A stretch of DNA of 50,834 nt, the filler included, from Catajapyx aquilonaris (taxonomy: Eukaryota), in NCBI GenBank assembly GCA_000934665.2. It is 3 parts of 3 records of this genome, joined end to end, with 100 filler letters (N's around TTAATTAATTAA, not from the genome) between each part and the next. Parts side by side here need not be neighbours in the genome. Positions count along the whole stretch, not along the records: positions 1 to 16,869 come from KZ539639.1; positions 16,970 to 33,881 come from JYFJ02007087.1; 1 more part is not named here. One strand, 5' to 3'. Position 1 is the stretch's first letter. Each line of letters opens with the position of its first letter. A program made the translations under genes and the position numbers. The notes beneath the pieces were generated by a model. That model was not told where the DNA came from. It did not search any database and saw only the letters and a list, made by a program, of their open reading frames with translations. Shown in pieces: positions 11,210 through 24,500 of this stretch.

Positions 11210-13293
11210 CTCGTATTTTGCAGCAATAGACAGAAAAAGAAACGCATGATATATTCTTTTGAGACACATAAAATCGGTTTAACATGTTATTCTTGTTTCA
11301 TAAAATCGGATTTAACGGTATTAGTTTAACTCATCGTTATTTGTATCAATATAGCAAACCAGTGTTTTTGTGACACATGAAACAGGTGGTCCATGTTGAG
11401 AAACACAAAGGTGTGTGCGGCGACCGGCGAAGGTGTGCGGTTTTTCTCCACTAATGCTTTGCATCAATTGCATTTGTGAGAAAGTGCCTATTTTATGGAT
11501 AAAGAAACTTGCATAAAATGAGAGTAGTGGTAAGAATAATGAGGCTTTAGACTGATCATACTTTAAAATGACTTGAGGTATATATTATATCATGATTCAC
11601 TACGAAAGGTTCTTCACCCCTACAAAATCTCCCATCTATAATATATTTATATATTAGGCGCGTAATATAGTAATCCGACATATATGCGATTATAGTGGAT
11701 GGTGATGACATTATTATTGGCAGTTCGTAAGGGGCGCTCCCAAGACGTCACACCGATTGATTGACGCGTGGGAGAGTGAATACGGAATATGCCAAGTTCC
11801 TTAACTCGAATGCATTTTCACCGCAAATGTATGGCCAATTTATTAATTTGCAATACTGATGTATGAAATCCACGCACAGGGAGTTGTAAGCTTCGCCGCT
11901 TTCCCCGGGTAGTAGGCGTGATTGCGAAATAAGGATGTTGGGTATTCCGCAGACGACAGAAGGAGGCGCGCAGGTGGCGGGTTGGTGACTGGCGATGCAC
12001 TGATGTTCGTCGCTGACCACCGCATGTATATGTCCGATGCGTCCACCCCCTCCCTCCGCAGACCCGGATACGCCTCTCCTCCGCGTAAGGACGGGCTGCG
12101 CTACCCCACGGTGATGATTGCCGCCCTGTGCCAGCACCTGCTGATCACAGGCTGAAGGAATAATAAGGTATAATAATAACATATCATCGGCCAACACCAG
12201 CGGGCAGTTCCTCCTCCCTTTTCACGTAACAATGTCAAGGTCAAGCACATGCAGCAGGCTCACTGAGCCAGATCAATTGCTGCTGGAGTCATAAGCACTT
12301 CACAACTCTGGTTCAGATTAACCTTTTCTTGGCTTTCGATCACGAGGAGGGCAAAGAACAAATAAAGTACTCTAATCCTCTCCTGGCATTGGTCGCTGCT
12401 GACGGTGGTGGACGTTGCAGTTGCTGGGAGCGAGAGACGCAGTGGCCAAAGGGGGGTGGTCTATATGGTGATGACCCACTTGGATAGCCTATGATCCCCT
12501 AACTAAATAAGTCACAGGTGCTGTCAGGGAGGGAGGGGGGTAGGAATTAGCATGGCATGCGTGTGTATATATAGGCAGGATCTGGCAGCCGGCTGGATTC
12601 AGTTGAGTAGCAAACGTCAACCCTGAGTTTGGCATTTTAGCTTGTGGGGAGTGTGATACATACTCGGTGTTGTAGGTGGGGGGTGTCAACCCAACCTTAC
12701 GGTGGACAGAGTGCCAGTGCAGGGGGCCACTCTGCGTCTGATTTATCTAGCGTCTCGGGGATACCCGAGTGGCACGGGTGAATTTAATTTTTGAGCCAAC
12801 AAGTAATCTCGGACCAATTTGGGTTGTCACTTGTGTGTGACACAAGGACCTGGTAGTCCTTTGAACACAGACAGTTCTACTCACATCCCTCGAGATGTCC
12901 AACTCCAACGTAAAACCTGGATTTACGTTTGGCCGCAACACCATGGCCGGCATCTTCCTGAAGGTGGACAACTTCGACTGCCTCCTGCATCAGCTCAACT
13001 GGGAATGACCCTTACTTAAGACTGTAGGCTTCCAGAACGACGCCTCTTTGTGCCACCCAAACTCTCGCTCCTTACTGCTAGTTGCCCTTGCAATTGCGCA
13101 CGTGCTTCTCCTTGTTTTTTACCACGAAAACGAGCCCACCACTGAGCCTAAAACCATGTGCCTCGGCTGTGTTAACCATGTCAATCGCGGGGAGTTCCGC
13201 TTGTTTGCGGGAACCCGTCCCAGGGCTTTCAGCTGCCGAGGTAGTAACCAGCACTCGCTGCTGCGATGCTTTCCAACAGCTGATCCTGGAGGC

Positions 13294-14910
13294 ATGAGCC
13301 TGGAGAAGGTAGAAGGGCAAGAGCAGCAGGAACCACAGCAGCTAACAACTAGTGAGGAGACGCTGAGCGCCTGTCGCCGGCTTCTGGCAGGTGTGAAGGG
13401 CACTGCAGAGGGGCTACTGGCCAACCATTCTGCTGTCGTCTGGAATGTATATGGTGGCCTCACCAGACTGCATGCATCTGTTGAAAAGATCCTGCAGCAT
13501 GGATGCAAAATATTCACACCTGAGGTACAGCATTATATATTTGCCTCTTTGCAACTCATTATTTGAGAGTTACTGACCTGTAACTTATTTATATTGCCCG
13601 AGTTTAATATAGCCCAGATAATTCACTGGATTTGTGTGTGTGGGTGGCATTATCATTTTGCATATTCAATTCCTCATTACTTGTGCTAATTGTATAGATG
13701 AAGGACAAATATCAGCCTATATGTGACTGCAACAAATTCAGCTCCTAAGATTTCATCTCTGTGGCAATTGAACTTTGTCTTTATTACGGAGCTAAATTCG
13801 GAAATTGACACACCATTTCAGCATTGTATATTTTTGCTGTTATCATTTTAAAAATATTTTTGCACAAAAATGCCCCAGTGCAGTTTAAATTATTATTCAT
13901 CAAAATATTTTGCAATGTTCTATTGGTAATTTCTCTTGCAATCAATAGTAAGTTGCATAAAGAGATATCATTAGTGAACTTTTGGAACTAGAGAAAGGAT
14001 GCTGTGAGGAATTGCTAAGCACTTGCTTAATTTTGGGCCTGGAACTGATGGTTCGGGTTGTGAAATTTTGACACACTTACATTGACGTAGCTGCAAGTTT
14101 TTAAAATAATTATTTTGGTACAACCCTCTTTATGGTCAAGGTGCACAAATTAGCACCCAAATTAAGCTAACTAAAGTACTGTCCTTCTCGAGTTGCAGCA
14201 ACATTATGTTCTTACTTGAGAATCAGTTTAAAAAGGGAAGGGACATTAACAGTTATACTGCCTCACTCTGTGCCTTGGGGGAACATGAAATTGTTATCTG
14301 AGCTTCTCATGTCACTTTTTAAAAATCCCTGTTAATTCACAAATTATGTATGCTTAGAACTACTTGATCATACTTTTCTCCATGCACTAATTTATAACTG
14401 GTATATTCCATCTCATCTTCTTTACTTTCATCTGTTGTCACCCGGATTGCACACAGCTGCTCGATGAACACAGAATATTGAATAGATTAGAGTTTTACAT
14501 TGCTACAGCTTTGAAAAATTAGATATGGTTGCTTGAGTGATACTTATTTTAATGGACCTAGTGAGCTATGCACATCACTCATCAAACCATATCCAAAGCA
14601 GTTTTGTTCAGTTAGAACCTGGCAGGACAAATGGCACCAGTTGAGAAGCCAAATAATCTCTGATTAATGTGTAATCAATGCATAATGATGCTGTCATTAG
14701 GCATCCTTGAGCTGCTAATTCTCACAACAGTAGCACAGACAGCGTCATTTGCATGGTAAATTATGTTGGTGTTATGCAATGTCCTAGTTGTAAATGCAAC
14801 CAGGTCATGGTATAGTGAAGATGGCTAAAAGCAGTTTTGACCAGCATGGTTTGTGTGCAAGTGCAATATTTCTGATGTTTATTTGGAAAATAATGTGGTC
14901 AAGGGGGGGG

Positions 14911-14959
<49 letters not shown>

Positions 14960-15926
14960 TTTGAACCTTTATAAGTTTAATGTGGGTGCATATGTAAGAG
15001 GATTAGTTGTGACTATGGTCAGGTAGGAATTATTGCATGGCACATTAGCATGTTCTGAGAGTGTGAAGCTCTAATCTCTTTAGTCGAGGGCAAAGGGTTG
15101 AAATCGGATGACTAGTACCATTAGATCACGAAGGTGGGGTAACCCAGGCTTTTCAGGATATCAGAGTGTATCTGCCAAGTTCTTGAAGGTGAGAAAAGAA
15201 CATGATGTTGAGAGATTCCAATTCAGTAAGACACTGTTTCCAGCGTCATTGAGCTCATTTGCATCCCCTTCCTGTGACGTTCAGGTGCATTAGTACATGC
15301 CGTCACCTCATCTGCAATTCTAATGCCCTTGATATCTTGAATGTGTGGAAGGTGTAAACAGTCAGATTAGGATTACAATAGCCATCAATGACTTCTTCAC
15401 AATTACAGCGAAGAAGTTTAAATGTCTTGTTAATTATGGTTACTTTGGGGGAATTTTTATTAGCATTGCATTTTTAATTATTATGCATCATGACAGCTAA
15501 AATTTTGAAGCACAAGCATATCTGGCTGTTCTCTTGATTTTTATCTGTTTTCTTTAAATTACGGAATTTTTTAAATGGAACAAATCTACATCTACATAGT
15601 CATATTGCATCTCATAATAAATGTGAAAACCTCAGCATTCCCTCTCACACTCATAATTAAATTTTTAATATGGATAATTTTTTTGCTTCATAATATTTTA
15701 AACGTATTATAAATGGGCAAATGATTTAATTTGATTTCTTTCAGGGTGATCCTGATTACTTGACGTTTGTGTCTGGGGATTCATCAAGTGACCCTTCACT
15801 CCTGGAGTTGCTTCCAGCAAGCGATGGCATTTCCTTCGCACCTTCCTTGTCTGGCAATGGTATTGATGCAGCCAAGCTTCACTCCCTAAAGAGGAATGAT
15901 AAGGCATCACTCTGGCTGTATAGGAG
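13294..15926 (+). CDS. RUBCN: Rubicon-like (RUN domain Beclin-1-interacting) protein, 5' two coding exons only
   Basis: Exon 13294-13524 (LLAGVKGTAEGLLANHSAVVWNVYGGLTRLHASVEKILQHG, resembling the recalled Rubicon N-terminus [30 protein letters not shown]), donor GAG|gtacag. In-phase exon 15745-15926 (GDPDYLTFV...KASLWLYR), donor AG|gtgagc. The rest is not found before the gap. Confidence 0.8.
14904..14956. repeat. G-run plus (GA)n microsatellite
   Basis: Direct reading. Confidence 0.95.
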
Positions 15927-16869
15927 GTGAGCCAACAAATGGATTTGTGACCTTCAATTTTTAGGCGGTAATGCATGGTGACCTTGTGAAGATTATATGT
16001 ATGCCTTGCCAAGTAAGAGTTGGGAAATGAATATCTTTCGAGGATTGCAATTGTTTGCTTCTTGTGATGTTGTGTAACAAGTTGCTACTTATACCTTCGA
16101 TTGTGTCACTGCTGGATAGGAATGCGATATACTACTGTAAATTATAATTGTAAAAATTAAGAATTAAAAATTAAGAGTAGGTGTTGTAATATTAATCATT
16201 GATGAGAAGAGATATTATACTGTACTATGGACATACAGTACATCTTGGAACTTCAGGGCAAGCCACAAGAGAGTGGCACATTTACTAGTGACTGTGCTGC
16301 TCCTGGCAGGTGGATGGACAAAGTTAGAATATGGTCTCATTTATGAATAATCATACAGTAATTACAGCTAATGCTAACAATGGTATTAATTCAGAAATTC
16401 ATTCAGAAATTCATTAGATAAGATACAGAAGAAGAGGCATGATTTTTTATTGAATATCTGGATTGATCCTCAAGAGTTATCCACCCACCCATCAGAGTCT
16501 CCTCAAACACTAGGTGTTCTGGTGCTGGGATCAATTCCATCCACATGTAGATTGCTTACCTTTTCCTTTGGTGACCTTGGAATAAACACTTGCATTTGGA
16601 GTCTGTTACTGTAGAGATGATTGTGTTCTTACTTTGAGCTAAGGCGAGTGGGTTTTAGATTAGACTCAGGTCCAGGGACTTGCCTTCACCAACATGTAGG
16701 ATGAACTTATAACTAGACACAATAGTAAGAAGTGCACCATGAGAATAATTTAATGATTAACGAACTAATAAAATTGTCTTTCATGCAAGTGAAATGTGCC
16801 TAAGGATTGGGCAGTAGGCTAAAGTCAACGTGGCTGGACAAGATGCTAACCCCATCTCAAAAAATATAT

Positions 16870-16969
16870 NNNNNNNNNNNNNNNNNNNNNNNNNNNNNNN
16901 NNNNNNNNNNNNNTTAATTAATTAANNNNNNNNNNNNNNNNNNNNNNNNNNNNNNNNNNNNNNNNNNNN
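16870..16969. other. Assembly gap with TTAATTAATTAA linker
   Basis: N-run, TTAATTAATTAA, N-run; the same pattern occurs at 33882-33981. Confidence 0.97.
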
Positions 16970-17846
16970 GCCCCGCGTACCTTTTTGCCCCAGGGCCCCC
17001 ACGAGTCTTGTTACGCCCCTGGTACGTGTTTCAGAATTTCGCTCACATATGCATCAGCTGTTGCAGACACCCATGTATCCTGTTTGTGCCTGGACAGGGA
17101 GGGAAGGAAAGATAGGGGAATTGCATGTGGGATGTCAACCTATGGGTCTACTCACCAGCTCATATTTGTTTGTGCATTCAGGCACAGGAGTACCAATGAC
17201 ACAAGAAAATCCATGACATTTCTGCAGATGTAGATGTGAGCTAAATTATGAAAACCGTGGTAGTTTTTTTTTTTGCCTGAGCCTTAATTTTTCATGTTGG
17301 TATAGCTGAATGAGGGGTAGCCAACAACAACTGCTAGGGAAGTTTGTAAATAATATCCTATTTGAGTTTTGAATCATACAGGCAGTTGTCAAGTTTATGA
17401 CTTTCATTATTCACACTAGTTGCATTTTCTATTTCTCTTGGGCACAATAAAATATTCTGCATAATTCTTCCACTGGGATTCAACAGGAAGAATGCATTTT
17501 ATGTGGCCATTATAATGTGAGGTGGATAACTGTTGACTTAATGTAAAAAAGTGGTCATTATGACATGACCACATTCTTGGTCTCCACCAGATATTTCATG
17601 ATTTCATGCACAAACTTGACCCTCTCAATGGAAATAATGATAATATCTGCTACTGTCTTCAGGTTCACACTGTACCAGAAGTGTAAAGTATGACCAGGCA
17701 GTAGAGTAGAAAAGGGGGGCATCTACTGCACATTATTCAACTTGATCATGATTAAGTGCGGAAGATGCAAAGGGGTGACAAAACTTTTGTTTCTACCCTA
17801 TACATCAGCAAATTAAAATTCTCTGGCACAGACATACTTGACTTAC

Positions 17847-20800
17847 ATTTATATTCTTATTAATCGTATCCCACAGCTTCTGCACAACAGCTTCATCGCC
17901 TTGGAATTGAATCCTGGGGATAGCTTCCATCTTGAATGGATCAACTGTAACATTCATGGACACATTGTAGTCCAAATGCAAGCGACGGAATGGGTTATTT
18001 CTTGATCCTGCTTCTGGTAGCAGAACCAAACACTTCTGGTCTATTTCATTCATTGCATCATAGAATGGATTCAGCTCTTCCAATATTGCTGTATATTCCT
18101 GGTATAAAAGTTGTAGGGTTTTGGCAGTAATGTGAATTTTGGACCCAGACAATACTTCAACTTGGAGCATTGCATCTCTGTCAGGATATTTAGAAGGGAA
18201 GGTAATTGCAAGTGTGTGACTGCGACCTGAGGAGTCAGTAGCCTTCAGTTCAACATGTGTTAGGTTACTGCTTGAGGTGAGGTAGGTTTCCCAGCCCAAA
18301 GAATCAATCTCCTTCAGGATGTGGTGAGTGCGCACGACTGTATTGCGATCAAGAATGTCTTCACTTTTAATTTCCACCCTGATAATTTCCAAAATCCGAT
18401 GGAGGTATGCATCAAGCCGCAACAAGTCTTGCCACTGGAACAGTCACATTGTCAAATTAGTTGCAGATTATTCTACACTAATGACTTGTTATCTATCATC
18501 ATTTGCATATCATCTGAACAAAAAGGCAGAAAGGACATGTAAATGTGACATTCCTTTGTGACTCAGTCCACCTTTTTCCTTCATCTTAATGCTATTTGTG
18601 GACCAACAATACAGTACTAACAAGCAAAAACTTTCCAATCATGCAACAAAATGCACAGTAGACATCACTCATGCATTACATAATCGCATATTTTGCTCTG
18701 TTTTTAAAAACACTTCCTCCCCCTTCCTCCTTCTCTTCCTCCTCCCCACATTCAGCAGCTTGTCCTATAAAAGAAGGGTTATCAGCAGGCTGGTATACCC
18801 TGGGATACCCATCTGGCTGGTATTAAGTTGGGGGGTGTTCTCAATATCACCCCCCTAGAAAAATCATTCTAATACCAGTAATTTTCCTGCTCTCCTCCAT
18901 AAACTATGATTGTAGTTTTTCACCTGTAGATGCATTTCCCACCCAAGTGTCTTCATATTTTTCCATGGACAAATGCACACAATGAATCCACTTCAGATGT
19001 CTATCCTATTCATATTGCTCCTCTCCCTTGCCATTAGGATACATTTTAAGGCAAGTCTGGGAGACATGTATAGTGAATATTAATTTCATCACTTCATTGA
19101 GGTTCTCATTAGAACAAAATGGACTGCATATAATGTCACTCAGTGAAGACCACTTGCAAGAGACATTCACATTGCGTTAAAAGTGAAAACAATGTTCTAG
19201 CTCCAAGTAAATTTTGTGAGGTATCTAGAATACCATTTCTATGACATTAAGATATCTTTACAAAAGAAAACCTTACATCTTCCAGTTTCTTCTTGTGCTT
19301 TTTGAGCAGTTGTGCCAACCTCTCTGAGCCTTTTAGACTCACATTCTTAGCAGACGGAAAGTTTGGGCACTTAATTGACACGTAGAATTGTCTGTTCTGC
19401 AAGTACAAAATTTATCATCAGATAATTAGATAATTACTTAAATACTCTAAAGCAATAAAACAGCTACGTAACCATAAAATTCTTAAGGTAGGTTCAGGTT
19501 AAAGTGGCAATACATGTGGCAGAGAAGAATATAAACTGCTCGTGTCTTAAGGTAAAACCCAAACCATTTCCCTGGTTTCCAGAAAATCGATTTTGTACAC
19601 AAAACATTATCGCACAAAACTTCTGCCTCATGACTTTCTGAAAAGCACATGTGTGACTTTGCCATGGATTGTTTTAACCATATTGAGTTTTAACATAGAA
19701 TCAAACTGTACATCACAGGACCAACAACACTGGGCCCTAAATGCACTACCTACATAATACGATATGAGTTCTTCCAAAAAGCACACAACCTCATTTTCAT
19801 GACTGATTCTAAACTGAAACAGTGAAACCTGCAGTATACTGTATGTAGTGCATCCTGGATCTGCATGTCATCGGCAATAAGGAGAAAGGGCGAATATCCC
19901 ATTTTAGAAATTGTACAGGAGAGGTAAAAGTAGGTTGAAACTACGAGGGTGAGTCAAAACAAATTGAGACTGATTTTGTATGTGACAGAGAGAATTAGTT
20001 CACAGCTTGCAGTTAATGGCATCGTGTCCAGAATGGATTGAAGTTCCTGTCCGAATATTCCACTATCCCAGGTAACGGTGACACTGGAAGTATACTGGAG
20101 TATTCGCCTCCGCTCTGCCACGTGGTCAGGGTGAGGATCAAAATTCAGCGTTGAGGTTTTGCTTCCATTGGAATAAAACAGCCACAGAGGTGTACGACAT
20201 GCTAAGATTGTAGCAGCAGATACTGGTCGCCATGTTCGGCCACAAGAAGTTGCAACTCTTTGCAAACCTCCACCTGGATCTGCCTCTCCTCTGGAGTCAA
20301 CAACCTGGGCAGCCATCATATCGGGTGCAAACTCATCACATGTGCAAATGGTCAATGCAAAATCATGCGGGCACTACCATGGGAGGTACAGTACCACATA
20401 TTTTGGCAAGGTCATTGACGGTTATGCAGCGATCTTCCCAGAAAATTACTGCACATATGGTGTTAATGATCTCCTCTGTCAGAACTCGGATGGGAGTCTG
20501 CAAACCTGTCCTTTGAAAGCTGACTATGGACCCTTGCTGAATGCCTTGTATCAACAGCCCAAAAAGAATTGTCCCTCGCATCGAGCGGGCAGCCACGCGT
20601 CAGGATGAAAGCAACCAGTTAACTCGTTCCTTTCATCCTGACGCGTGGCTGCCCGCTCGACGCGAGGGACAATTCTTTTTGGACTGTTGATACCATCAGA
20701 CTGCTGTGGGACATCTGCACCATATCTTAGCATGCCATACGCCTCTGTTTCTGTTTTCTTCAAATGGCAGCAAAACCTCAACGCTGAATATTGGTGAACC

Positions 20801-21227
20801 TAGGTCTACTTCCGGTGGCACCATCACCTGGGATTGTGGAATATTCGAACATAAATTGGTGTCCTAATACTTCAATCCATTAGGGATACAATGCCATTCA
20901 CCAATCACATAAAAAATAAGTCTCAATCTGTTTTGACTGGCCCTCATAGTCCTCACAAATCAAGCCCTTCTCCTTATTGCCGACGATATGTCCTCATTCA
21001 GGTTTAGTTCAAGAACTACACTGCAATATTTTAGGTCATGAGATGTTAATCAGCTACCATAACACAACAACTCTCAACAATAACTTGACATCAAAAAGGG
21101 TGCTTTTCAAGTTTTCATCCACCTCAACACTCACCCCAACAGTGAGAAAACCTTTGTATAACGTTTCGTCTTTCTTCATAGGGTACAAACGAGGAAACCC
21201 AATCCTCAAGTCATTCCGCCAACTCAT
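17847..21227 (-). CDS. FANCL: E3 ubiquitin ligase FANCL (ELF and double-RWD exons; RING exon not visible)
   Basis: Phase-0 exons 21227-21135 (MSWRNDLRIGFPRLYPMKKDETLYKGFLTVG), 19396-19277, 18434-17847 (LKEIDSLGWE, LKATDSSGRSH, FPSKYP, FYDAMNEIDQKCLVLLPE, RRLHLDYNVSMNVTVDP) match recalled FANCL motifs. Confidence 0.88.
19944..20946. mobile_element. Mariner-derived element made of two inverted 5' ends, in FANCL intron 1
   Basis: TA|CGAGGGTGAGTCAAAACAAATTGAGAC ... GTCTCAATCTGTTTTGACTGGCCCTCA|TA; transposase N-terminus on both strands (LRFCFHWNKTATEVYDML on +, LRFCCHLKKTETEAYGML on -). Confidence 0.85.
20551..20690. mobile_element. 140-bp palindromic MITE nested in the mariner remnant
   Basis: Arms of about 60 bp, TCAACAGCCCAAAAAGAATTGTCCCTCG / CGAGGGACAATTCTTTTTGGACTGTTGA, with TA TSD; removal restores WYKAFSKG in the minus-strand transposase. 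Confidence 0.9.
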
Positions 21228-21597
21228 CCTCGCAGCTTTCTTGCCGGATCATACACCTAGAACGACGATCCTATAGTGTAAACCACTTTCCAGTAGGGAA
21301 GATAACCATTGTCTTTTACCGCCGGCGCCAGGAATCATCATCGTCATCAGATAAGAGAGCAGGGAGTAGGCATTCCACAGAGAGTAGTCTACATACACAT
21401 CTTCAAATCGCGGCTATTTGGACTTTTGGAGAGCAAAGAAGCAGCTGTGCTACAATTGGCCCATCATCTTCACATTCCAGAGGAGCGAGCGGCACGGGAA
21501 GGAGCTCGTGTGATCCGCTCCGCCCTACGCCGCCTTGACAGCTCGTGGCGTGGCTTCTAACCTCTTCCCGGAAGGAGGGACAGAGCCCGGCCAGAAG
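21228..21597. promoter_or_regulatory. Probable bidirectional promoter FANCL / glucuronokinase
   Basis: 370 bp between divergent start codons, CpG-rich relative to the introns. Confidence 0.6.
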
Positions 21598-24500
21598 ATG
21601 ATTTGCATTATTCTAGTGTCCGAACACGGTCTGGAAGCCTCCGTGGAGCAGGTTTGTGAAAGAGACAAAGGCGGGAGCATGGTGTTGGGCGGGAGGGAGG
21701 CCCAGGGGATGACAGCAGCGGGACAGTGACCTCGGAAACATGGCGGGTGACATGGATGCCTTTTCTTTCTGATTAGGCAAGTTGGCGTGAGAGGAAGTTG
21801 CGCATTCCAGGGATGCCATTTTCGTGTGTTATTTGTATTAGGATGATTTTTTTCACTGCAATTGTGGACCCAGGTGGCCAGGGAAGGCTACTGTCAATTC
21901 GCTTCTGCTGCACCAGAAGGCACATTGTTTTCTGTCCTGACGTCATAGTTATGTGATAAAGATACAGGGTACTGGCAGTGTTAGTGCTATGCACATTTCT
22001 TAGTGTTGACTCATTCTTGAGTTAGACTCAAGAGTAGTTAAAATATAGTGTTCAGTTTAGGCCATTAGAGACTTCATGCTCTACCCAGTGCAATGTAAAA
22101 ATATTAAGTATGTCCATTTGAATTAGGGCATCTGAGACATATCAGTTGATCTAATGTATGTATTGATGTGACCATTCAATTCAGATCACCCCTTTTCTTC
22201 GTCTCGGTTTGGAGTAGCTGTAGATGTTTCCATAACCCAATTAGATAATATTGGTGATTCGACTAACCTATGGGCCCTATGCAATACGTTGCAGCAGCAC
22301 CTCGGACATAACTAACTCGTTTAGTTTCTGTGGGGATAATTTTCCCAGGTGAAATTCAGTATTATCAGGTCCCCAAACTCGCTGAGTAGGCAGTACAATA
22401 CCACATGTGGAAGTCACAGAAAGAGAACATTAGTTACATGGTGAAATATTTTGCACATCAACTGATGTCACTGCTTGGAATGTGCAACTGAAAACAATTT
22501 TCATTTTTTAAATTTTATCAATTCTTGACGCTAATAGCCTACATCCTTTCCATTTGTTTTTGTTTTTTCTCCCAAGGGAAATGGCGTGATGGAGGGAGTA
22601 CCCAAGGCATTGATGCCAGCAGCAGCTAGCAAGGGGAACAAGCGAATACTAGATCACTGGTGGGATCTCATCAGCATGTAAGGAGATTGTACTTCCTTAG
22701 GTGAATATTCTGATTATGGTATCACAGTTTATGACATGCACCTACAAAAGTGGCAAATTAATGATGGTGGTAATTAACATTGAAATCATTATTATTTCTC
22801 CATTTTAAACATTAATAAATTAACTTCTAATGGCATCCTAATTAAAATCCCAACGAAAAAAAACTCTGCATCACACTAGCATCCAATCTTCTCACTACCC
22901 CCTCTGGCCTCCTCTCATCTCCACCTCTTCCTGTTTCTCCCTTCACCCGACATCCTTACCTCCTCCCAATTTTTTATTTTCTTAACTTCATACCGCTTCA
23001 GACAAGACTGAAAGCCACAATCATGAGTCCCACATGGAACCTACAGAGCTATCAACGCTGTCTGGCAACTAACTGCTTCATATATCTATACCTTGCTTTC
23101 ATCATCCATTACAGAATTGTTGATCACTCTTTTCTGAAATAGCTACCTTCAAGTTGTGGCTTGTTCATAAAGCAAAAGTAAACCACGTCAATATTCTGGC
23201 TGTCCTAGGCTTTGAAGATTAATTTGTGCCACAATTCTTAACCTAACAGGAGTTGTAACTGCTCTATGTCCCATCATGTAAGTAGAACACACACAAAAAC
23301 TGTGATGCCGTAATCAGAATAATTACCCTATATTACTCTATTGTATAATACAGCAAAATCCTTAACCAGGGAGATGCTTGTGTTGCTTTAGAATGCAGCT
23401 GGTAAATTACAGACTTATCCATTAATAACAGCTGCCAATGGAATTATGGCAGTAATTCCAGTGCAACTAATGCTAACAAAGATTGACTGTTTGAAGCACA
23501 CTGCATTTTGTTGAAAGTTGAAAAGTGGCAATTTAGCAGGATCATTTAGGAAGAGAGCTTTCTAACCAAGGAAGTGATTTGTAACCATGGTCCCTGAACT
23601 CAGTCTGGGGTCTTTATGTTGTACTGCATTGATTGTCACCAACAAGTTTGATCCCATCCTATTGTTCTGCTCAAGGACCAGACACTGACAGGAAGATTCT
23701 AGTGGGATAACACTGCAGTGCAGGGTATAGCCCCTGGTCACTATCACTGGAAATCTTGTGTATGCTCATGGCTCAGTTTCAACCCCAGCCAAGAGTCACA
23801 GACTGTTTTGAATGCACAATCATGTAGTCTACTCCATTCTGCCACCCTACCAACTTGACTCTAGAGCAGTGGTTCCCAACCCTTTTCAGGTCGCGACCAC
23901 CATTTATGATAGCAGAGNGGGGGGGGGGGTTAGTAAGTGTGAAAAAATAAGTGAAAAAAACCTTCGTGGTGAAGTTTCCTAGAAATTTAATTATATTATT
24001 TCATTAATTTTATTAGTTGATACAAATAACAGCAGCCATGGGCAACCCCCCGGAAAAGGCTTCGGGACCCACAGGTTGGGATCCACGGCTCTAGAGGGTA
24101 CATTTCCACATATATGGATTTGAGCTGATGTGAAGGACACCCTGCATACTAATAGCATACTGACTGCCAATTTGCAGTCCTACAGTAGACTCCAGATATA
24201 ACAGACTTCAGGGGACATGGGAAATATATAGACTAGAGCTGAGGTGAGGTGAAAAATGAGTCTGCTATACAGGGTGTCTCCACATTTTTGTCTGAACAGT
24301 TATCGGAAATATTGCACTATAAGCTGCTACTTTGTAAGCAGTGACTTGCAACCGATTTGTCGGAGGAATGGCGAATATTCCCTGCGAATCTTAGGTTGAA
24401 GTGGCATACACTGCGCACAAAGTAGCAGCTTAGTACTATATTTCCAATAACTGTTCGTACAAAAAAGTTGAGACACCCTGTATATCTGGAGTAAAAATAC

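Noticed and set aside
13048..13293. N-terminal extension of the Rubicon-like ORF with a hydrophobic segment
   Set aside because: Starts at TTG and lies upstream of a good acceptor at 13279; probably intronic.
16914..16925. TTAATTAATTAA palindrome inside N-runs (also at about 33926-33937)
   Set aside because: The identical 12-mer centred in two gaps, with stops in all six frames, is an artificial scaffolding linker.
17560..17670. Possible next FANCL exon (CEPEDS / NLKTVADI resemblance)
   Set aside because: The in-phase frame stops after 14 codons and no RING cysteines follow; the similarity is too short to trust.
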